Below the pieces are notes generated by a model. It worked only from the letters and a program-made list of their open reading frames with translations. It was not told where the DNA came from and did not search any database. From an uncultured Ruficoccus sp. (lineage in GTDB: Bacteria; Verrucomicrobiota; Verrucomicrobiia; Opitutales; Cerasicoccaceae), in contig OZ223521.1 of the NCBI GenBank assembly GCA_965140785.1, positions 32,001-96,000 of the forward strand: a stretch of 64,000 nt of DNA. Reading direction: 5' to 3'. Both the position numbers and the translations under genes were made by a program. Shown in pieces: positions 28,402 through 38,912 of the stretch; position 1 is the stretch's first letter, and each line of letters begins with the position of its first letter.

Positions 28402-29142
28402 TTAGCGCGTTGCTGGTTGGGGCGCGCTCTCGAAGAAATTGCGGACCATGAGCTCGCGGGTGTTGGGACGGTCGCGGCTGGGGGGCTGGTCGAGCAGCAC
28501 GATGCTCGAGCGCGTATTGGGGAGCGTCACCTGCGGGTTGCTGGTGCGCAGGGTCCATTCCCCGTCTTCCCAGACCGCCGCTTGTAACCAGGTCTGGTGC
28601 TTGCCCTCGGCGTAGTCGAAGAGTGCGGTTTGCCCGGGGTTAAGCTCAACGATCTTGTCGCCGACCTTGGCCATGGTCTTGCGCCGGGAGAAGTTAAAAA
28701 TCCTGATCGTGCCCAGCGGGTGCTCCTGCCAGGAGTCTTCCACCACGTGGCTGCGGATGTCGAATTTGTCAGCCGGGTTGACCTGCATGAAAACGAGATA
28801 GGGGCCGCCGTTGCCGAGCTTAAACGTGCTCAGCGTCTCTTTCGTCGGAGCGGTGTTGGGCTCGACGGCGGGAATCACACGGTACAGCTCCACCTCCTGC
28901 CCGGCGTCGGCCCGGCGGGGAGAGGATAACGACGTGCTGCCGGCGGAAATCCGGATGGGCTTGTCGTGGTAATCGTAAAAGACATTCGAGACCGGCGCTC
29001 CCAACGCGAGCATCCGGAAGGTGACAGGCTGGCTCTTGCTGCTCGCTCCCTGTCCATACCCGCCCAGCGGGAGCCCCGCGCCCAAAGCGAGCGCGCAGGC
29101 GAGGGGGAGGAGGGACTTTAGATTTCTTCGGAAGAGAGCCAT
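28402..29142 (-). CDS. Exported partner protein of PilX-like protein 1
   Basis: Signal peptide; paralog of 43189..43902 (GPYL.F, D.W.EHP.GT.R.FNF, QTWLQ.A). Confidence 0.8.
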   Translation of the reverse strand: MALFRRNLKSLLPLACALALGAGLPLGGYGQGASSKSQPVTFRMLALGAPVSNVFYDYHDKPIRISAGSTSLSSPRRADAGQEVELYRVIPAVEPNTAPTKETLSTFKLGNGGPYLVFMQVNPADKFDIRSHVVEDSWQEHPLGTIRIFNFSRRKTMAKVGDKIVELNPGQTALFDYAEGKHQTWLQAAVWEDGEWTLRTSNPQVTLPNTRSSIVLLDQPPSRDRPNTRELMVRNFFESAPQPATR

Positions 29143-32100
29143 TGGAAAGCAACGATTTTGAATTTACGGCCAAAGCTTTTGTTGGCCGCGTTGAGGGCGG
29201 TGAGGGTGTCCTCGGGCGCGTTGCCGCTCGGGTCGGCATATTCGGGTTCGCGCTGAACGATGGCCTCGCACCAGGCGCGTGCCAGTGGCTCGCCCGTGAA
29301 CGGGTCGGTGACCTCGCCGTAGCTGCGGATGCGAAAGGTGTCGGAACGGGCGCTCAGCCCCGCGCCGATAGCCGAGAGGATATCGGCCTGGGTGAGGAAC
29401 TGCGGCGCGAAGGCGGACAGTGAGCCCGTGGGCACATTGGCGTCAAAGCTGCCGCTGTAGCCCTGCATCAGCTCCGCGTCGTAAACATCGGACACGTTGC
29501 TGTAGTTGGGCACCTCGTCCATGTGGAAGGGGTTGCTGCCGGAGTAGCCGTAGGCGGTGTCTTCACCGCTGTTGGCGGCCCCGGTGCCGGAGGGGGTGGC
29601 GTCGATGGCGGCTTGGAGGGCCCCCTTGAAGCGTTCGTCCTCGGCGGTGTTCGGGTTGTCTACCAGACGGCGGTTGATAAAGTCGGCCATCGAGACGAAG
29701 GGGCCGCGGGCGCGGATCTCGGTCACGATGTTGTGGGCCAGCTCTGCGATCTGCTCCTCGGTCAACTGTCGGTAGCCTTTCCAGGCCCAGGCCTGGTCGG
29801 TGTCCACCGCGGGCTCGCCGGTGGGCTTGCTGAAGCGCGAGAGCGCGGCGGCCAGCGTGTTGCCGGAAGAGGACTGGTTCTCTGGATCGTAGGGGAGCTG
29901 GTTGATGCCGCCCAGCACAGCCCGCCAAGCCTGCTCGGAGGTGGAGTTGACATTAAACCCGCCTTCCAGTTTCAGCTCACCGGCGGCCAGGCTGGCATTG
30001 CGCAGGTCCTCGTCGGTGGCGGTGTCGGTGCGGACTATCCGGGGGTTGGGCAGCGGAGAGGGGATGGCCGTGGAGTCGGTATCTGTCGAAGTCCCGGTAC
30101 CCGCGTGCGGCACCGTGGAGACGAAATACTGGTCCCACAGCGCACGGTTGAGCAGCCACGAAATATCGTAGTACGAGTCCATCAGGTTGGATGGGGCCAA
30201 CGTTTCGCTCAGGTTACGAAGAAGTTGGCCGCGGCTATCTCGGAAGTGGAAGTCACCGAGGCTGTTACCTATTGGGTAGGCTGGGTAGGTGTTGACGTAG
30301 GAAAGATTGGCGTGCTGGAGCTGCCCGAGGCTGAGCAAAGGCTGGTCGCTGGGGCGGAACTCAAAGAGCGTGGCATCTACGATGCTTGAGCCCGAGTCAA
30401 GGTTTGGCCCAGCCGAAGCGCGCAGCCCATCAGTGTTTCGGGTGAACTGGTCCACGATACTGTCCATGCCGCCACCCGCGCTGATGTTCGTGGGGTTTTT
30501 GCTGATCGTGCGCAATGTGTATAGAGAGCGCGGGTTGCTCTGGGCGAGCCAGCGCACATCAGGATAGGTCTTGGTCTGAAGGCTTTCGCCGAAATTGCGC
30601 ATGATGAAGAGGGACGAGGTCGGCTGATAGACGCCGCCCAGTTGCGCGGGCTGCTGGAAGTATTCGTTGCGGTTGTTAAAGATATTATAGTTGCCGTCCA
30701 CGGCGGGCGAGATGCGAGTAATGAGCTGATACCATTGCTTGTCGTTTGAGTCGTCGGTGACGACATTGCGGCTGGCGCTGTCGCGGACTTCTCCCAGATA
30801 GGCGTTGAGCTCGCCGCCGGACAGGCTGAAGGCTCCCGAGTCATAACCGTTTTTATTGTCGCGGTCGATGATCAGGTGAGCACCCGTGACGCGGAACCTT
30901 TTCTGTTGCAACACCGGATTTCCCTCTCCATCGGTACCGGCGGGCTCGAAATCATCTGAGTCAAAAACCGCTCCGTTGTTCAAGAGCACATGGCCATAGG
31001 TGTCGAGCCCGTTGGTGAGCGTGTTCTGGGGTTCCTGGTCTTTGTCAGCCTTATAGTCCTTGCCGATCTCGCTGTCTTGGAGGGTGAAGATCAGGCTCTG
31101 GCCCGGGGGAATGGCCGGACAGTCCACCTTGAAGCGCACATAGCTGTAGGCATCCCCTGTGCCCGCCAGTTTACCACCTCGGTTAAAGTCCACGGTTTCC
31201 TTGACGGCCCAGCCGTCCTTTCCAGGGTCTTTGCTGTCGTTATAAACCTTGGTGTCATCTTCGACCTGGAGCTGGTACTCGCCCCGGTTGTAAGCCATGA
31301 TGCCGACCTCGTACTCGTGGGCTTTGATCGTGGTGGTGTAGGGGTTCCACAGGACGACGAGGGGGAACATGGCCACCTGGATGGGTTCGCCGGGGGCGGC
31401 GCCGTTGGGGGCGGCGTATTGGAGGCCGAGCGAGAAGTAGGAGAGGACCGGGGCGATGCCGACATCGGTCCGGGTGGGCAGGCGCGGGTCGAGCCCGCCG
31501 GTGCTGGCCGTGGTCTGTGCGAAGGAGCGCAGCGCGCCCCAGGTGGGGACGCCGAAGAGGTCGCCGGAGGAAAGGCTCTCGGCGGCGAAGATCGTGTCCG
31601 AGTCAGCCGGGCTGGTGGCTCCGGTGGCGAGGACGGCGGAGAGGTCCTGCTTGAGGCCCCCGGCGTAGGTGTCCGTGAGCAGCGAGTAGGAGTAGGGGGT
31701 CAGGTCGTGGAAGCGGTGCTTGACGGCGGTGCTCATGCTGGCGGCGTCCTGCGCCACCATAGGCAGGTCGTCGAGCGAGTTGAGCTTGGTCAGGGTGCCG
31801 CTGGCGGGGTCGTAGTTCGTGCCGATGAGGTTGGCCGTGCTGTAGGTGTCCCCGGCCACTTTATTAACCAGCTCGATAGCGTTGCGTTGCGAGGAGACAA
31901 AAGCGGCGGCGAGCTGGTTGTTTCCGGCCATGGGCAGTGAGACGCTGGCCTTGGTGCCTTCGTCACCGATCCACCAGGCGTAGCGGCCCTCTGTGCCGCC
32001 GTTGGAGCCGGAGACGCTGACCAGCGGCGCGGCCACATAGTCGGTGGTGTCGGTGACGGAGTTTTCCCCGACCAGTAGTGCCTGGTCGTCGCCACTGCCG

Positions 32101-32690
32101 GGCAGGACGCTGGCCTGCGCGAGATTGACAGCGCTTGAGGGCGTGAACGACCAGCCGCCGGGCGCGTTGACGATGTGCCCGTCGTCGTCCACATCCGCCG
32201 CCGGGTCAAAGGTGGTGCCCTCGTTCCCGCTGACGAGCCAGTTCAGCAGGACGGCTTGCGAGCCCTTGCCGTTGGAGTTGCCGGTGATGGCGGTGGCGAG
32301 GGAGGACGGCGTCTGCCCGTAATCAATGGGCGCTGCGTTGCCATAGACGCCGAGCCAATGGCCGTTGGCGGTCGTGGTGTCGGCGAGGGTTTCGTCCATG
32401 TTGGCCAGGGCGGTCACGCGCTGGTCCGGCCCGGCGTACTTCTGGAGCTGGCCGAGGGCGATGTTCAGGCCCGTGAGGGCGTTTTGCTGGGCCTGGAGCA
32501 TGCGCTGGTTCGAGGTCGAGGCCTGAGTCTCGATCTGGGTCATGGCTGCGAGTGAATACAGTAACAGCACGATGAAGCCCATCAGCACGAGGGACATGAT
32601 GAGAGCGAAGCCCTGGCGGGCCTGTGGGGTGCCCGCCAAGGCATGGGCGCGCTTACTGGCGCCCGTCTGTCTGTGGGAAAAGTTTTTCAT
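29118..32690 (-). CDS. Giant PilX/GspK-like (class III signal, no Glu5) protein 1, about 1190 aa
   Basis: RQG|FALIMSLVLM, ALGQLQKYAGPDQRVTA, YAWWIGDEG, SARSDTFRIRSYGE, FGRKFKIVAFQWL. Start reassigned to MKNFSH. Confidence 0.8.
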   Translation of the reverse strand: MKNFSHRQTGASKRAHALAGTPQARQGFALIMSLVLMGFIVLLLYSLAAMTQIETQASTSNQRMLQAQQNALTGLNIALGQLQKYAGPDQRVTALANMDETLADTTTANGHWLGVYGNAAPIDYGQTPSSLATAITGNSNGKGSQAVLLNWLVSGNEGTTFDPAADVDDDGHIVNAPGGWSFTPSSAVNLAQASVLPGSGDDQALLVGENSVTDTTDYVAAPLVSVSGSNGGTEGRYAWWIGDEGTKASVSLPMAGNNQLAAAFVSSQRNAIELVNKVAGDTYSTANLIGTNYDPASGTLTKLNSLDDLPMVAQDAASMSTAVKHRFHDLTPYSYSLLTDTYAGGLKQDLSAVLATGATSPADSDTIFAAESLSSGDLFGVPTWGALRSFAQTTASTGGLDPRLPTRTDVGIAPVLSYFSLGLQYAAPNGAAPGEPIQVAMFPLVVLWNPYTTTIKAHEYEVGIMAYNRGEYQLQVEDDTKVYNDSKDPGKDGWAVKETVDFNRGGKLAGTGDAYSYVRFKVDCPAIPPGQSLIFTLQDSEIGKDYKADKDQEPQNTLTNGLDTYGHVLLNNGAVFDSDDFEPAGTDGEGNPVLQQKRFRVTGAHLIIDRDNKNGYDSGAFSLSGGELNAYLGEVRDSASRNVVTDDSNDKQWYQLITRISPAVDGNYNIFNNRNEYFQQPAQLGGVYQPTSSLFIMRNFGESLQTKTYPDVRWLAQSNPRSLYTLRTISKNPTNISAGGGMDSIVDQFTRNTDGLRASAGPNLDSGSSIVDATLFEFRPSDQPLLSLGQLQHANLSYVNTYPAYPIGNSLGDFHFRDSRGQLLRNLSETLAPSNLMDSYYDISWLLNRALWDQYFVSTVPHAGTGTSTDTDSTAIPSPLPNPRIVRTDTATDEDLRNASLAAGELKLEGGFNVNSTSEQAWRAVLGGINQLPYDPENQSSSGNTLAAALSRFSKPTGEPAVDTDQAWAWKGYRQLTEEQIAELAHNIVTEIRARGPFVSMADFINRRLVDNPNTAEDERFKGALQAAIDATPSGTGAANSGEDTAYGYSGSNPFHMDEVPNYSNVSDVYDAELMQGYSGSFDANVPTGSLSAFAPQFLTQADILSAIGAGLSARSDTFRIRSYGEVTDPFTGEPLARAWCEAIVQREPEYADPSGNAPEDTLTALNAANKSFGRKFKIVAFQWLSSEEI

Positions 32691-34015
32691 GGGGTAAGGT
32701 CTGCCAAGGGTCGTTTGGGCCGTTGAGAAAGGCGACCGCGTCGATAAAGACACCGGCGGTCCAGCCCATCATGGCCGGCGGTTCGGCCTCAATGCTGGTT
32801 TGCGCGGTGCCGTCTATGAAATTCTCGGGATTGATCAGGTAGCCCGCCTCAGCGGTGGTACGATGGGAGCCGTCGAGCGCGTTGTACTTCTCCCAGAGGT
32901 CGCCGGTTTGGGCGTAGGTGCGGCAGACGCTGTTGACATATTTATCGGCGATCCGGCGGGCTTCTTTAAGGTAGCCGTAGCGCTCAAGTCCGCGGTAAAC
33001 GAGGTGCTGGATGCCGGGCCAGGCGTTCGTATGATCCCACTGGAAGGGGCTGGGCGGCTCGCTCGGGGCGACCGCGGAGACGCCCCGTCATATTCCAACA
33101 GCGGCAGGACATGGGCAACGACCCCGGCGGCCTGCTCTTCGCTGGCCAGTCCGGTCCACAGCGGCTGGAAAGCCGCGGCGGTGATCGCCGGGCTGTGGCG
33201 CTGGTGGAGGGTGTCGTAGTCGCAAAACACCGAGCGCTCCGCGTCCCAGCAAAAGGTGTTGATCCACTCGCGGCGGCGTTGCGCGCGGGCCAGCCAGCGG
33301 TCGCTCTCTGTGCCGTCGGTCCAGCGGGCCAGCAGGATTTCGTAGAGCCAGAGGTTGCTGTTGAGGTCCACCGGGCAAAAGTCCGGGCAGCGGCGGTCGT
33401 AGCGCGAAGTCAGGTCCCAGCCGGATTCGCATTCGGCCATGGTCCGCCCGGCCAGGTCGAGGTGGTCCTCGGGGCGGGCGTCGGGCTGGCCGAGCCGGTG
33501 CCGCACGGTCGGGAAAAACTGCATAAGCTCTTCGGCGGTGGCGTGGTGGCCATAGCGGGACAGGCCCGTCGGCGTCAGGCGGCGCGTCGTCCAAAACTCG
33601 TATTCCTGCGTTAGTAGCGGGACGGCATTCTGGCGAAGGGCTTTGTCTCCGAGCGCATGGTCGAGCAGCCCGACCATGGGGGCCAGGTAGGGCGGCTGCG
33701 AGCGGCACAGGTAGTAGGTGCGGTTGCCGTTGGGGACGAAGCCGTAGCGCTCGACCTGAGCCAGCAGGTTGCGCACATTACCCAGGCGAGCTTGTCCTCG
33801 CCGGTGCCTAGCAGTCCGAGCAACGTAAAATACGTGTCCCAGTAGTACAGCTCCTGAAACGCGCCCTTACGGCAGGGCACGGTGTAGGGGTGGGGCAGGG
33901 CGAGCAGGGTGCCGGCATCCCGTGGGCACGTGCGGACAGTCTCCTGCCAGTGTCCAGCGATGAAGCGCTGGATCGTGCCGACGAGTTCGGTGTCCGGTTG
34001 CGGGGCGGCGTTCAC
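32653..34015 (-). pseudogene. GH37 trehalase-like glycosidase with two frameshifts (about 33785 and 33085)
   Basis: FQELYYWDTYF / GFVPNGNRTYYLCRSQPP, AECESGWD, PVDLNS / manually translated third frame QWDHTNAW..LWEKYN..MGWTAGV. Confidence 0.88.
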
Positions 34016-34022
34016 GGGAAAT

Positions 34023-35455
34023 TCAGGGGGCAGGCGTCGGGCGGACGCACACGTTGTTGATAAATAAGTGCCGTTTCGTAGTGGGCTTGCTGGAGCCGAA
34101 GCTCACGCGGTCCACAAAGGGGACCTTGTTCAGCAGGGCTGCGTCGGTCAGGACCGGGGTGCCGTCGAGGGAAACGTCGGCCTGGTTTTGGGCCGGGTTG
34201 ACGGCGATTTCGATCCGGTGCCATTGGTTGGCAGCGGGGGCGGCCAGCACGGTTTCGCTGCCGTCGGCATGGCGATAGACGAGGTTGCCTTCGCCGTCGC
34301 TGAGGATGCTGACCGCCGGGGTGGTGCCATGGAGAAGCTCCATCCGATGGCCGGGGGTGGCCCCGGTCTCCATAAAATCCCAGCTCGCCGTGAACGGTTC
34401 GCTCTGCGGGACGAAGGTTTTCCACGCCCCGGTGGAGCCGGAGGGGTTGTCGTCCCAGAAGCGGATGCTCTTGTCCGTCGCGCCGGGGTTCTCGCGCACA
34501 GAGACGCTGCTGTTGGCGTCGGCCCGGCTTTCCCAGCCGGCGGGCTTGGGGCCGGTCGGCATGTCGTCAAAGGTTTCGCACAGGACCGTTTGCGCGGGGG
34601 CGGGGGAGAACTCGGGGCTGCCGTAGTGCCCGGGCTTGACGCGGTCAAAGCCGTCCGCGGGATTACCGATCTGATAGGCGATTTCGTCGTAAAAGATTTC
34701 GCGGCTTTCGCCCGGGGTGTACTTCCAGTGTTCCCAGCAGTAGGGACCCCCACTTGATGTAGCCGCCGACGGCCATCTGCTCGTCGCTGACCCAGCCGCC
34801 GTTGCCGAGGTTGATGTCGGTGTACTCGGCGGTCGGCTCCTCCTGCGGTGCGCCGTCGTACCAGGCGCGCAGGATGCCGGTGTGGTTGCGAGAGAACTTG
34901 CAGTAGAGGATGACGTCGTGCCAGGTGCCCTTGACCAGCTTGGGCGAAAGCGTTGTGTACACCGTGACTTCCTTGCCGCCGTCGCCGACGCCATAGGCGC
35001 CCTCCAGGATTACCGCGCCCGCGTGGTCCACGCCAACGGTGATGGTGATGTTCGTTTTAGGCAGGCTGTGGTCCCAGCAGATGATCTGGCCGAGCACCAT
35101 GCTCTTGTCCGGCACCGGGAAACTTTCCGGCGCGTAAAAGCTGAAGCCGTACCAGCCTTCGCCGGTGATGCGTTCGAGCTGAGTGGAGTTGCCCTCCACG
35201 CTGCGTCCGGAACGCCGGTCGTTGTAATTTTCCTCGTGCCAGACAATCCGGAAGAACCTTTTCGCCGGAGCGGGCGGGGAAGTCCGTCGGGGTGACGATC
35301 TCGGCCGTGTTGCCCGGAATCTTCTCCACCGTGAAGGGTGAGATGCTCCCGTCCTCAAAGTTTTCCGCGTGTGTTTGCGCGTACAGCGAACCGGCGGCGG
35401 GCAAGGCCGCGAGCAGGCCGATGAGTACGAAGGGATGGAGGCAATACTTAGTCAT
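34023..35455 (-). pseudogene. Exported polysaccharide-lyase-like (jelly-roll) protein with C-terminal lectin-like domain; two frameshifts (about 35260 and 34750)
   Basis: Signal peptide; RSVE..WYGFSFYAP..LGQ..KGTWHD..YIKWG/PY spread over three overlapping ORFs. Confidence 0.7.
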
Positions 35456-35519
35456 CAAAAGGGGGCGGGATTACGCCTATCAATAGGCACCAATGTCAGG
35501 GAAAAGACAAGTGGGCCTA

Positions 35520-35748
35520 TGCTCACACTGTTGATCCCCGGCTGGCCCTCGAATGGCTGATACGGACAAGATCGTCGGGCCTGCCCTTTTATTCTGTTAA
35601 ATCTCGGCTGAGCCCGTTCGGCGTCGCGCCCGGCGGCTACCGTGCAGGCATGGGAGACGGAACGCAGGCGGGAAGGGCAAGCCCAGCGATTCGAAGTCCG
35701 ACCGGCCTCGGCTGCTTGGACACCACCCTTGTGTCAACAGTGTGAGCA
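35520..35748. promoter_or_regulatory. Pair of operator motif 1 sites in the divergent lyase / TPR-ExbBD region
   Basis: TCACACTGTTGA (35523-35534, reverse) and TCAACAGTGTGA (35734-35745); both extend to TCAACAGTGTGAGCA. Confidence 0.72.
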
Positions 35749-35894
35749 CGTGGCGGCTGGTTCTTTCGCCCAAGCGGGCGGATAATGTCGCCATTCGAAC
35801 AACCGTTCCCGCGACAAGACGGCCCCGTGCTTTTCGCGGTCCATGACCCCCACTTGTTTTATTGAACGTCACGCTTGTCAACCCTCACGGATCG

Positions 35895-38800
35895 ATGAAT
35901 CCCACCCGCAGCCACCCCCTCCCCCTCGCGCCGGGCCGCGTCTTACGGACACTGCTGCTGGCCGCCCTGCTCCTGCTGGCGGGCGGGCAAGCCGTGCGGG
36001 CGCAGGACAGTACGGATACCGTCGAGCGCATGCGCCGCGTGACCGAGTTGGTCGAGGCCAACAAGCTGGTGGAGGCCCGTCCTGACCTGCTCGTGCTGGT
36101 CAAGCAGGCCACGGATAAAGACCGTCCGAAGATGGTCTTCACCATCGCTCTTTCTTACGTGTACGAGTACTTTCAGGGCAGTGACGAGGCAGTCCTGAGC
36201 GAGGCCAAGGCGCAGTTCGAAAAATACCTGGCCGACTACCCGGACGACGAGTTGGTGCCCCTGGCCAAGTATAACCTGGCCGATATCTACGCGGCCGGGG
36301 GGGATTACGCCGGTGCCCTCAGCCTCTACCTCCCGCTTTACGACCATCCGCCCCAGCGGGTGGACCGGATGGAGATTTTACGCAAGATCACCCGTGTCTA
36401 TGTCGCGCAAAAGGACTGGGTGGGCGGCATGCCGTATTTCCGCGATACCATGCGGTTCAGTGCTGATGCGACCGAGCGGACCACGGCGGCGGCCTATCTG
36501 CTGATCGGGCAGGCCAAACAGGGAGACATTGGCAACGCCCGCGGCCTGCTGGAGTTTTTTAAGACGCCCGCGCCGGTCTTCTACACCTCGCGCTTCAATG
36601 CCGCCCTGATGGAGATCGGCGACCAGCTCTACGACGAGGGCCAGTTTGCCACCGCCGGACTCTTTTACCAGTTGGTCCGCTCCTACGAAACGCTGGAGGA
36701 GGGCTTGAGCCACTACATCGGGCAACTGGAGGCCCGGGCCGAGCGCCTCAAGGGCAGCATCGAGTACCGCAGCGAGTACATCGAGACCCGGGCCATGCTC
36801 GAAACCGCCCGGCTGGAGCTGGAGGCTCTGCGCAACTCGACCAACTACACCCCGCTGCTGAACTGGCGCATCGCCCGGCTCTACCTGAAACTGAACCGCG
36901 ACTGGGAGGCATACTGGCGCTTCCGCATCCTCGCGGACAAGTACCCCGACCATCCCCAGCACGAGAGCATCCTCTACGCTGCCTTTACCCTGGCCCGAAA
37001 GCTCGGTGAAAACGCAAGCGCGGCGGACTTGGCCCGGCAGTACTTTAAAAACAAGAGCTATCGGCAATTCCGGGGACCGGTGGTCAATGGCCTGGGCGAC
37101 ATCTACCGCGAGCAGGCGCAGTGGGACCTGTTCTTTGCGTTGACCGGCCAGTACCTCGCCGACAGCAACGTGGACCGCACGGCGGAGCAGCTCGTTTTCA
37201 AGCACGGCATCGCCCGGCTGGGGCGCTTGGAGAACCGCCAACTCATCCGCGACTTTGAGGCGCTGTCGGCTCAGTACGGCCAGAGTGCGCTGGCCGACGA
37301 GCTGCACTATTTCCTCGGGCTGGCCAGCTTGCTGGAGCAGGATTACGACCGCTCCATCGCGGAGTTCGAGGCGGTCATCGCCGACCCGAACTCCCCCTAC
37401 GGCAAGGATGCTTCCTTCCGCAAGGCCCTCGCGGTCATGGGGCAGGACCGTATGGAGGAGGCCCGCACCCTGCTCCGGGCCTTTGTTAAAAACTACCCCG
37501 ACAACCCGCTTCGCGCCGAGGCCGAGATCGCCCTCGGCGACATCGAAAACATGTTCGGTAACGCCGGGGGTGCGATCGTCCACTACCAGACCGCGAGCGA
37601 GCACACGGAGAACGTCGCCCTGCTGGCCAAGGTAGCGGAAAAGATCGCCAATATCCGCTGGCAACAGGGAGAAACCCAGGCGGCCATCGAGCACCTGGAG
37701 CGCTTTACCGCCGAGTATGCCGACTCCCCCGAGGTCATTCCCGCTGTGGCCGCGCTGGCGGCGTTTTATGAGGACTCCGGGGAGCCGCGCCAGGCGCTCG
37801 CCTGTATCCGCGCCACGGTCGAGCGCTTCGCCGATGAGCTTGGCATCCCCGCCCTGGGTGCGCTCCTGGCCAAGTACCTCGAACTCGATACGGAAATCCG
37901 CGTCATCAGCGAGCGCACCCGTGTCTCCTTGACGGAGTTGCGCGGTGACCCCGAACGGCTCGAAACGCTGATCAAGGACCGCGCTGCGCAGTACCGCTAT
38001 TTTAAGGAAAACCCGGCCATCGACCCTGTGGTGAAAACCAGCTTCGTGCAGGACAAGGCGTTCCGCAAGCAGGTGCTGGAGTCCCCGCTCGCGCTGGAGG
38101 AGCTGGCTGCCCGCATTCGCGAGCTGGACGCGCTCATTCCGCTCGAGACCGCCGTCGATGAGCTTCAGGCCTGGCTGGACGCGGCGACAGCCGACGGGAA
38201 CACCGTGCTCGCCGTGCGCTTCGAAGCCGCGCTGGCGCAACATGAGGACCCGCCCGCGATACCGTCGCCGGAGCGGATCGCCCTCCTCGATGATCCCGCA
38301 ATCTGGGCCGATCTCGACCCGCAGGCCAAGCTCTGGGTCCTCCGCGAGATCGCACGCGACACCCCCGAGCGCAGCGTGGCGGCGCTGGAGCTGATGCTGC
38401 CCGAGTATGCCAACACGGATGCCGAGCTGGACATTCACCTCCTGTTGGCGGATGTCTATGAGCGGCTCGGAGACCCGGAGAAGGCGCTCGAGCGTTATCA
38501 CTCGGTTGTCCAGCGCTTCTCCGGCAAGGACGTGGCCGGGACGTGCGCGTTGAAGGAGGGGCAGCTGCTCTTTGACCTGGATCGGTACGACGAAGCACGC
38601 CAAGTGCTCGAAGGCATTCTCGCGCGCTCCGAGTGGCGCGGCGAAAAACACGCGCAAGCTCTCTTGCTGCTGGGCGAGATTTACACCGCCCAAGGGCAGT
38701 ACGCCGAGGCGCACGGCTTTTACGAGCGCATCATCCTCGGCTACCCCTCCTTTTCGGAGGAGCTCGCCCTCGCGTTTTACAAGGACATCAAAGTCCTGGA

Positions 38801-38912
38801 GCTTTTAAACGAGACCGAAAGCGTCCGTACCGTGTACGAGGCCTTTCAGCAAACCCCCGGCCTGGAGGACACCCGCGGGGCCCGGATGATTCGCTCGGAG
38901 ATACAGCTATGA
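35895..38912 (+). CDS. Large exported TPR protein (about 1005 aa)
   Basis: Signal peptide (VRA-Q) and repeated TPR caps (YPDDEL..AKYNLA, YPDNPLRAEAEIALG). Start reassigned to MNPTR. Confidence 0.85.
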   Translation: MNPTRSHPLPLAPGRVLRTLLLAALLLLAGGQAVRAQDSTDTVERMRRVTELVEANKLVEARPDLLVLVKQATDKDRPKMVFTIALSYVYEYFQGSDEAVLSEAKAQFEKYLADYPDDELVPLAKYNLADIYAAGGDYAGALSLYLPLYDHPPQRVDRMEILRKITRVYVAQKDWVGGMPYFRDTMRFSADATERTTAAAYLLIGQAKQGDIGNARGLLEFFKTPAPVFYTSRFNAALMEIGDQLYDEGQFATAGLFYQLVRSYETLEEGLSHYIGQLEARAERLKGSIEYRSEYIETRAMLETARLELEALRNSTNYTPLLNWRIARLYLKLNRDWEAYWRFRILADKYPDHPQHESILYAAFTLARKLGENASAADLARQYFKNKSYRQFRGPVVNGLGDIYREQAQWDLFFALTGQYLADSNVDRTAEQLVFKHGIARLGRLENRQLIRDFEALSAQYGQSALADELHYFLGLASLLEQDYDRSIAEFEAVIADPNSPYGKDASFRKALAVMGQDRMEEARTLLRAFVKNYPDNPLRAEAEIALGDIENMFGNAGGAIVHYQTASEHTENVALLAKVAEKIANIRWQQGETQAAIEHLERFTAEYADSPEVIPAVAALAAFYEDSGEPRQALACIRATVERFADELGIPALGALLAKYLELDTEIRVISERTRVSLTELRGDPERLETLIKDRAAQYRYFKENPAIDPVVKTSFVQDKAFRKQVLESPLALEELAARIRELDALIPLETAVDELQAWLDAATADGNTVLAVRFEAALAQHEDPPAIPSPERIALLDDPAIWADLDPQAKLWVLREIARDTPERSVAALELMLPEYANTDAELDIHLLLADVYERLGDPEKALERYHSVVQRFSGKDVAGTCALKEGQLLFDLDRYDEARQVLEGILARSEWRGEKHAQALLLLGEIYTAQGQYAEAHGFYERIILGYPSFSEELALAFYKDIKVLELLNETESVRTVYEAFQQTPGLEDTRGARMIRSEIQL

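Noticed and set aside
29118..32690. Complete type IV pilus/T2SS, or the four-gene Verru_Chthon cassette
   Set aside because: No small Glu5 pilins, ATPase, platform or secretin genes are adjacent.
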